A DNA stretch of 64,000 bases from the human T2T-CHM13v2.0 reference genome, Homo sapiens, in the NCBI RefSeq assembly GCF_009914755.1, contig NC_060938.1. One strand, 5' to 3'. Shown here one piece after another: positions 54,994 to 64,000 of the stretch (position 1 is the first letter of the stretch; each line of letters starts with the position of its first letter). Position numbers and translations under genes: made by a program. The notes below the pieces were generated by a model. It saw only the letters and a program-made list of their open reading frames with translations. It was not told where the DNA came from and searched no databases.

Positions 54994-56059
54994 TGTGGTA
55001 GGCAGAATAATGGCCCCCAAAGATTCCCACACTCTAATCCCTAAAAGCTGTGAATATGTTGCTTTATATGGCAAAGAGAACTTTGAAAATGTGATTACAT
55101 TAAAGATCTTGAGACTTAAAGATTATCTTGGATCATCCAATTGGGCTCAATGGAAACACAAAGATTCTTATAAGATCAACCTAAGTGTCCATGGATGGAC
55201 AAAATGGATAAAGAAAATGTGATATATATACAAAATGGAATCTTAATCATAAGAAAAGATTACAATCTTGTCATTTTTGAATAAGGATGAATCTGTAGGA
55301 CATGAAGTGAAACAGGACAGACACAGAAAGACAAATACCACATGATCTCACTCATATGTGGGATCTAAAAAAGCTGCAGAAGTACACAGCAGAAGAGAAG
55401 TTACCAGACGCTGGAGAGGGTAGGAAGGAGAGGGAGAAGGGAAGAGATTGATCCATGGGTATAAAATTATAGTTAAGATAGGAGAAATAAATTCTGGTGT
55501 TCTATTGCACAACAGGGTGAAGACAGTTAACAATATTGTACTGTAAATTTGAAAAAAAAAACTAGGAGAGGATTTTGAATGTTCTTATCATAAAGAAATG
55601 ATAAATGTATGAGATGACGGACATGCTAAATGCCCTGATTTGATCACTACACATGTATATGGAAACATTACACTCTACTCCATAAATTTATGCAATTATT
55701 ATATGTCAATTAAAACTAAAAATAAATCTTAAAAATATATATCTATCTTAAAATAATAATTAGGTGGGAGTTTCAGAGCAGGAGAAAGATTTGAAAATGC
55801 TACCATGTTGGTTTTGGAAAAGAAGGAAGGGGCCATGAGCTAAGGAATGCAGGCAGCCACTAGAAGCTGGAAAAGGCAAGGAAACTGATTTTCCCCTAGA
55901 GCCTGCAGAAAAAATCATAGCCCTACAGACAGACTGATTTTAGCCCTATAAGACTCATTTCAGATTTCTGACTTCTAGAACTTAAGATAACATATTTGAA
56001 TGGCTTTAATCCACGGAATTTGTGGGAATTCATTACAGCAGCAATAAGAAACTAAGACA
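54994..56059 (+). mobile_element. MLT1D-type MaLR LTR split by an L1MA insertion
   Basis: Start tgtggtaggcagaataatggcccccaaagat; end tacagcagcaataagaaactaagaca. Confidence 0.9.
55175..55750 (+). mobile_element. L1MA-type (about L1MA5-8) 3' end nested in MLT1D
   Basis: ataaattctggtgttctattgcaca...gattttgaatgttct...ccctgatttgatc. Confidence 0.9.
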
Positions 56060-56116
56060 CTGTTTCTCTAAAAATAATGCAGCTACCATCTTTACACAAT
56101 TCTTATAATTCAATCC

Positions 56117-56399
56117 TTTTTTTTTTTTTAGAGGGAGTCCCGCTGTCTCCCAAGCTGGAGGTGCGGTGGCGCGATATCGGCTCCCTGCAAGCTCCGCCTC
56201 CCGGGTTCACCCCATTCTCCTCCCGAGTAGCTGGGACTACAGGCGCATGACACCTCGCCCGGCTAATTTTTTTGTATTTTTATTAGAGACGGAGTTTCAC
56301 CGTGTTAGCCAGGATGGTCTCCATCTCCTGACCTCAAGATCCGCCCGCCTCGTCCTCCCAAAGTGCTGGGATTACAGGCGTGAGCCACCGCGCCCGGCC
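56117..56399 (-). mobile_element. AluY-type
   Basis: gcaagctccgcctcccgggttcac, cgtgttagccaggatggtct; CpG-rich. Confidence 0.95.
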
Positions 56400-56656
56400 C
56401 AATTCAATTCTTATGATTCACAATTCTTATAAATCTTAAAAGAAAATTCGTATAATTCTTATAAAAATAATTCTTATAATTACAAATATTATAATTACAG
56501 ACTGTTTCATTATTATACATTTTTTTAAGATTTCATAAAACTAGTACCAGCACTAACAAAAATGCTTACAACTGATCAAAAGAAGCTCTAACCAAAATGT
56601 AACTATTTAACAAAACAGATTAACAATAACACCCAATATTAAAGATGAAGAAAACT

Positions 56657-57020
<364 letters not shown>

Positions 57021-57309
57021 TCAATGTGAAATACAAAGATATAAATATATACAATATACCAATAGGTTTTGCTTTTTTCACTTACTAATGATTGTCTAGG
57101 ATAGATTACCAAACTAGTTTCTTAAAGCATACTTCAAGAATCCATACAATTACTTCATTAAGCTTTTCATATACATATATGCATGTATATACATACACAT
57201 ATACACATATAACATATATAATACTCATATATAATACATATAGATGCATATATATTATACATATAATTCTTAGCAGATTTTCAGTTTAAATTTTACTTCT
57301 GAAGCCAAA

Positions 57310-57545
57310 ATAGTGGAAAAGTGATTGAAAATGCATGCTTCAGAGTCTTTCTTCTCGGGTCTGGATCCTTGGATCCTTGGTCAGCCACCTACTAGTTGGG
57401 TGAACTTGGATATGTTATTTATCCTCTCTAAGCTTGGTATAATAATCAGTGAAGTGGGGATAACAGTAGTGCATTCTTCATTATGGTGTGCAGCTGAGAA
57501 TGCATATGAAATACTTGCCCAATCATGAGCATAATTTCTATGAAT
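57310..57545 (+). mobile_element. MIR
   Basis: ccacctactagttgggtgaacttggatatgttatttatcctctct. Confidence 0.65.
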
Positions 57546-59814
57546 AAAAGTTTTTCTTATGCATCATTTAATGCCCTACAACCCTTAGCGTAAAATATGG
57601 CACATTCTGCACAAATATTAGATGACAATTTAATTTTAGGGTTGAATTTTGATCAGAGCCATTTTATGTAAAATGAAATTGTTTGTGAATCTGTAATTTG
57701 AAAGTGAGATTTACTTGCTCCTTAAATCCACACTCTTTAGTGTGTGTAAATAGTGCTTTGTGTGATTAATATCTCTGCTTCCCTTGGGCCAAGTTTCACT
57801 CAACTATTTAGGAGCATTCTACTGCACCATAGTTTACATGAACATCTAAGAGATAGTTTATTAATGAAATACATTGCCATGTCTTATGAATTATGTCTGT
57901 CTATACTCAATATTGTTTGGATTAATCTTTAGCTCTATCATCATATATGGTATTCTAATATGTCAAATGTTCATAAAAATAAATGTTTGTATCCATTTGC
58001 CAAATACGTGTCATGCAGATTAAGTCAGGAAGATTAAAAATACTCTAAGATTTTAATTATTCAAGCATATTTTAGGTCTGCTCAAACATTTTGGAGGCTC
58101 ACCTTACAAAATCAACTTCAAAAGTTTTCTATTAATTGCAACATGTTATATTAGATTATAAGCAGTAACACACATGGCCTATTTCAAATGAATTATTCAT
58201 TTTATTGCACTGTATGAATCTTTGTAATGTCATCCTTGGGATGACTTTTCCTTATAATAGTAGGCATTAACATCAGACACAAGCTTTAAAAAGGCAAAAA
58301 AAAAATGATAATTTATGTGAAACACAATTCCACTTCTCCATTTGGCTCAGGGACTGAATGTCATAAGATTTTTCATCCTAGTTGATCAAAACCCAACTGG
58401 AGACATAAACCATAACCTTTTATAAACACTGTATACAATACTGATCTCCTCTTATAGAAAAAAGTAGTTCACATTACCCATGTTGATACTTAACTTATTC
58501 TGTGCAGTACAGTAATATTGGGGTGGGCAGGTGGCTTGCCACTTTTCGCCTACCACAAAATAACATGGAAATATTAATACCCTTATGTCCAAAATATATG
58601 TGTTTTATAGCTGTTTTAAAAGTTTTAGAAGGTTAAACATGCAATATAAAACATGAAATCAGCTATATACATTGTAGCATCTTTGTCATTTTTTCTGAAT
58701 TCTATAAAATTATTGTTATAACTTATATAGATCCATTTTTGAAAAGACAAACATTTAAGGTGACGGCTATCCCAAATACACTGATTTGATCTTTACAAAT
58801 TATATTAATGTATTAAATTATTACAGATGCCACCAAAATATGTATATCTATTATGCATCAATAATAAATAAACAAATAAATGCCTACAAAACAACAATAA
58901 ACTATGACTAACCACTTCAAATTGTGTAGGCAAATATCTACTCACACACACACAACTTCAAACTTTGTTTCCTGTGAATCTTCCAATGGTTTGCCTATGT
59001 CATACTGTGCCATTTTATATTGTTAAGAGACATGAATACAGATTGTCAAGTGAGACACTTCTGTTTTTAATCTAGGCTTTCACATTTATTAGTTACATAA
59101 CCTTTCACTATTTATGCAGTCTGAGACTTAACCTCTTCCTCTGAATTTTGGGATACTATTAAAGAAGTATGTTGAGAATTTTTGAAATCAAGTTCTTTCT
59201 ATATAGTATATTCTCAGTAAATGGTATTATTATGGGCATGATTATAAATTCCCTTATCTTTCCAATGACAGTATATGCCATTTGAAGACAAAAACCATTT
59301 TTATAGTTCTTTGAGTGTTTCCCTCAATGACTAGAAAGTAGCCTGCTATATACATAATGTCTAATAATGATTTGCTCAAAGAACGATCGTAATCAAAAAT
59401 AAATAGAGGGCAATAAGTGCTAAACCATAAGGCACTGAAAGATAAGCACAAGCAAAGTTCAGCTGCAAAGAATATCTGAGTGGGCTGGTATAGTCAGAGA
59501 AAGATCTATGGCAGACAGGGGACCAGGAATGGGAAGTAAAAGCCTTTCATAGGTAGCATAAGACTGGATAAATAAAATCACCCAATGTTCTCTGCAGAAT
59601 ACATTTCAGAAGCATATTTTGACCTAATTGAAGTGTTCTTAAAATAAAGTTCATAAGAAAGTGTTCATAAAATCACTTAACTTTGGAATTTCTTCATGTT
59701 GTGTTCAACACTTCTTTCTTAAACCATATTTAAACAGATCTTCTTTAGAATACAAACAGAAATGGAGAAGAGATAATACATTTTTACCTAAAATTATATT
59801 AACATCAATTGTAC

Positions 59815-59881
59815 CTACAGCTATCACATTAACACTTAAAAATGATGGTTTATATATGTATTCTGACCTCATGTCTAGTAC
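59815..59881 (-). pseudogene. Exon remnant VLDMRSEYIYKPSFLSVNVIAV
   Basis: Acceptor tttcctctag and donor G|GTACAA (alternative GTAAAA donor gives exon start 59788). Open frame, phase 0->1. A 72-nt intron leads to a segment at 59681-59742 (EDLFKYGLRKKC*TQHEEIPK) ending at a donor-like AAG|TTAAGT. Confidence 0.4.
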
Positions 59882-60346
59882 CTAGAGGAAATAATTATTT
59901 AGTAATATCAATACATTTTTAAATGTCTAAAATTCATCATATAAAATATTTGTATACTCATTAAATGTTTTAATTATTATTTCCATAGTCATAGTGATTA
60001 AGAGTAACTTTACATTTTTGCCAAAAAACCTATTGGGTATTTTTTTCTTCTTAATAAATGAGGGAGTAAATTGCAACTTACTACTGGAAAACTTTCTTAC
60101 TGTTCTATTATTTAGAGACTGTAGCAACTGCTTAAAAGTTTATCTATAGACAAATTTAAGCTAAAGCGTTTGTTCATGGATCTACCCATTAATTCTGTGG
60201 CTCCAGTAAAATAAATGTGTTGTGTCAGGCAAACTGCTAAGTGCTTTATGTATAAATGGCAAACAAGTCATAGTAGTTCCTGTCCTTTTGGTCATCCAAT
60301 TTTACACATTAAACAAATCATTTCACAAATTTATACAGCATAGCCT

Positions 60347-60548
60347 GGGAGACCAGCCTGGCCAACAGTGAAACCCCGTCTCTACCAAAAATACAAAAAT
60401 TACCTGAGCATGGAGACACGTGCCTGTAATTCCAGCTACTCAGGAGGCTGAGACACAAAAATCGCTTGAACCTGGGAGGCAGAGGTTATAGTAAACCGAC
60501 ATCATGCCATTGCCCTCCAGCCTGGGCAACAGAGTGAGGCTTCATCTC

Positions 60549-60580
<32 letters not shown>
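60347..60580 (+). mobile_element. 5'-truncated AluS
   Basis: gagaccagcctggccaac... right arm, (AAAAC)n tail. Confidence 0.9.
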
Positions 60581-60581
<1 letters not shown>

Positions 60582-61204
60582 CAAATATATAGAGCATAAT
60601 AAATTATAATAAGTACTCAGAGAGAAAATATGTAATGCTATAGGAGACATAACAGTGGATTTAAATTTAAATTTAGGGGATGGTGATAATTGAGGCAGCT
60701 CTATTTTTAATCTGAATATTGAAAAACCAGGATGAATTAGGCTAAAAAAGTTGGGAGAGAGGTAGAGAATGTAATGGTTAATTTTATGTGTTAACTTGAC
60801 TGGGTAATAGGATACTAGATATTTGGTCAAACTTTAGTCTAAGTGCTTCTATGAGGATGCTTTTAGATGATTTTAACATTTAAATCAACAGACTGATTAA
60901 AGCACATGGTCTCTCTAATGTGGGTGGGCCTCATCCAATCAATCGAAGGCCTGAAAAGAACAAAAGGCAGACCCTTGCCCAAATAAAGGGGAATTCCTCC
61001 TGCCTGACTGCCTTCAAACTGAGACATCATGTTTTTTCATGCTCTGGGAGTCATGCTTAAACATCTCTTTTTGGGCCTGAAGCATGCCAGCCTTTAGGCT
61101 GGAACTACGTCCTCAGCTCTCCTGGGTCTCCACTTTGCCAGCTGCAGATCTTGGGACTTATCAGCCCCCATAATCATGTGAGCCAATTCCTTATTTTACA
61201 TATG

Positions 61205-62058
61205 CAGCAGGTCCTTGAATAACATTGTTTCTTTCAACATCTTTCATTATAATTTTGATGAGAAAAAGAAATCAATTCCCAGCAGAAGCCACTGCCTGTG
61301 TGGAGTGTGCAGGTTCTCCATATCTGTATGGGTTTTTTCTGGGTACTCAGCTTTCCTCCCAAATCCCAAAGATATACACATTAGGCAAACTGGCATGTCT
61401 AAATTGTCCCAGTATGAGTAAGTATGGGTATGTGTGAATGCACCCTGTGATGGAAAGGCAACCTGTCCAGGGTTGCTTCCCAACTTGCACCCTGGGCTGC
61501 TGAGATAGAGTCTGGCCACCTGCAACCTTGAACTGGAATAAGCAGGTTGGAAAAATGCATAAATGAATGAATTAACACAAATTATTGTAAAATAAAAATA
61601 TGTGAAGCAGATGATAATCATACAAATGCACAAAAAAACAATGTGGAATGAACACACTCAGCAAGCCCATCATATTTGTTATTGTTTCTTTTGAATTGCA
61701 TGATGGTAGGTAGTGACAGTTTTCTTTTTGCAAACTTTTATTCCTTGATTTGACCCACTGCCACTATGACTGCTGTCACTCAATGATTCACCAAAAATTG
61801 GGTAAATAATTATCTTACTTGGTGTTATTATTTCTTAAAAGTATGTGTAACTAACATTTATTTCAATGTTTAATATTAGAAGCTTTTTGGGTCTTTATTT
61901 AGAAATTCAGTGATGATTTTGTGATCAAAAATATACCACAGGAACTTAACTGTCATTTATGTTAACTAGCCTATGGTAAAGTCTGTTTCATTATATGTCA
62001 TTTTGCTTAAAGTCACAGTTTTCAAGAACCTGTAGATGACCTTAAGGGAGATTCTGTG
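61205..62058. mobile_element. MER6 (Tigger/TcMar-derived) DNA element, near full length
   Basis: Start cagcaggtccttgaataac; internal tgtgtggagtgtgcaggttctcc...ctttcctcccaaatcccaaaga; about 855 bp. Confidence 0.85.
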
Positions 62059-62071
62059 TGTGTGTGCATGT

Positions 62072-62106
<35 letters not shown>
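62056..62106. repeat. (TG)n microsatellite
   Basis: Direct observation. Confidence 0.9.
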
Positions 62107-62109
<3 letters not shown>

Positions 62110-62170
62110 CCCATAAATACCTATACACACATATCCTATTGGTTCTGTTTCTCTGAAGAGCTCCAATACA

Positions 62171-63020
62171 GGGCAGACATTTTCTGAGCAATGGATAAGC
62201 ACACACAAAGACTCTGAGGCACGAAAGAACTTAGCGCTTCCGTGGGATGAAATAAAAATCACTGTATCTCCACCACAGTGCTTAAAGGGAGAAGCAATTC
62301 AAGATGAGGCAGCAGAGTGGGCAGGGCCATATCTGGAGTGTGTGAGAATGATAGTAGAGGTTCAAATTTATCTTCAGAGGAATGAGAAACCACTGAATGG
62401 CTTTCAAATCAGAAGAGTGATGTAATCTGCTGTTTTTTTTTAGCCATCACACAGGCTTGATGTATGGATGTATGTAGGGAGTTATATGAAGCATGAGGAA
62501 GGGGTACTCACAGGGCAAATGGGAGAATAATGAAGAGAATACTACATTCGATGAGACAAAATAGAAACATGGAAGGGATAACGGTGGTGGCAGTGGTACA
62601 TCTGAGATCTATTTTGCAGAACTGCTCCCCAAATAAAGGTGACGATCTGCTTTCAGGGATAAAAACGAAAGGTCAAGGTCAAGCATGACTTTCAGGTGAA
62701 TGATATGTGGACCTGGGTGACTTAATGAGAAGAGGTAGGATGAGGAGAAAGAGTTGGGTAGACCAAGAGTCCAGCTTTTGACAAATTAATGTTGATGCCT
62801 TTGAGCACTCTAAGTAAAAATGTGAAAGAGACAGTTACACATACGGATCTGGAGCTCAGAACAAAGACCTGATATGAAGTGTAAGTTTAAAAGTTGGCAG
62901 ACAGGGACAGTATTTAAACTGCCCAAGGCAAGAGGGTGCATGGTGAGAAAAGAAAGAGGGACAAGGACAGAAATATAAGGATCTTGATTACTCGTGATTG
63001 AGGAGAACAGGAAGAACTAG
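62171..63020 (-). mobile_element. L2 fragment (continues 60600-60770 across the LTR)
   Basis: gaagagtgatgtaatctg, ggatctggagctcag, cagtatttaaa. Confidence 0.7.
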
Positions 63021-63769
63021 CAAAAGATATACAGAAGCATTAGTTATCAAATATAATTATCTGCTAGAAAGTATTATTGCTTTCTTTTGCTATAAAGTAC
63101 TATCAGAACATCTGAAGTTATTTTGGAATAAAGAAGGTTATTTACACAAAATTTATATACAGTCCATATTCCTCTCATCTATTATTCCTGAGAACAAAGT
63201 TTTATATAGACATTATAAATTATTCACAGAGAAATCGGAACTTTTACTATACATACATAACAGCAATAAAAGTATCAGAAACACATGAATGTTCTTAAAT
63301 GTTATATAAATGAGACTAACTCCAATGATGGCAAAACTACAAAGTCAGTTTCCTTTATCTGAAAATACTGATTTGTTCAAGTTATAATTGTTATATGTGT
63401 TGAAATAGAATTAAACTTTGATTCACAAGTAACAAGCTTATAAAGATGATATTAAAATTTCATTAAAGTTTCAGGATTATATAATTATTTGCTGAGTTAA
63501 AACAAGTACTGTAAAACATCAGCAAACCAGGCAAGTGGATATTGCATAAAAAATTAGTACCTTATAACTCTTTAGTAATTTTTAAAATTGCAAAGATCAT
63601 TTCAGTGCTGCTCCCCTCCCCCCAGGCACACACAAATATTTATCCAGCAACTGATAATTAATAGTGGAAAGAAAACATATCACTTTTAATTTTTTCAAAA
63701 AAGTAAAAATGAATAAGAACTATAACTCAGAGTCAGAAATCAGGATTTCAAAATCCCTGAGGAACTGAC

Positions 63770-64000
63770 CTGTGTGGCCCAGATTCTTACTACACCATGG
63801 GGAAGTAATTGAAAGTCTGAGACAGATTCAGGCTGAAGCACTGTCTGACAAACTATCTTCTCTCCATTTTTATCCTGCTAACTTCCAAAAACCAACTCAT
63901 GGAGCCACTGGTGGATATGAGTGCTATCCCAGTAGAACCTCAATATCCCATAAGAATCTTAGATGGACAAGAAATAATCCTCACCATAAGAACATGTGAA
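63770..64000 (-). pseudogene. Exon remnant (partial): FTCSYGEDYFLSI*DSYGILRFYWDSTHIHQWLHELVFGS*QDKNGEKIVCQTVLQPESVSDFQLLPHGVVRIWATQ
   Basis: 77 codons with 2 stops, ending in phase 0 at donor CAG|GTCAGT. Confidence 0.5.

Larger units (their letters stand above)
60770..62170 (+). mobile_element. MLT2B-type (ERVL) LTR split by MER6
   Basis: Start tgtaatggttaattttatgtgttaacttgactgg; end tcctattggttctgtttctctg...aataca. Confidence 0.9.

Noticed and set aside
57715-58400. Further possible minus-strand exons (57715-57845, 58101-58126 or longer)
   Set aside because: They need an assumed frameshift or have weak donors; too uncertain to list as features
63772-63999. Plus-strand 75-aa ORF
   Set aside because: No supporting splice or promoter context; the minus-strand exon reading with a good donor is preferred

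Overview
AT-rich primate genomic DNA, most likely human or another ape (AluY/AluS/AluJ, an LTR12 solo LTR, L1PA/L1PB). Roughly half of the window is interspersed repeats: L1, L2, MIR, Alu, MaLR/ERVL/ERV9 LTRs and MER DNA transposons. There are also several microsatellites. Nearly all ORF-track entries are repeat-derived or chance. The main unexplained signal lies in the unique sequence between repeats: about 25 minus-strand AG...GT-bounded exon-like segments running from beyond 64000 down to about 7390. Many join in compatible phase and several are separated by 72-78 nt minimal introns. One four-exon block (53434->48827) splices into 108 stop-free codons, while other segments carry scattered premature stops. 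I read this as a large, decayed multi-exon protein-coding gene (candidate unitary pseudogene). I cannot name the protein. Splice sites were chosen by eye, so the model needs comparative confirmation. Repeat subfamily names come from recalled consensus sequences and their boundaries are approximate. No rRNA, tRNA, CRISPR array or intact transposon was found.
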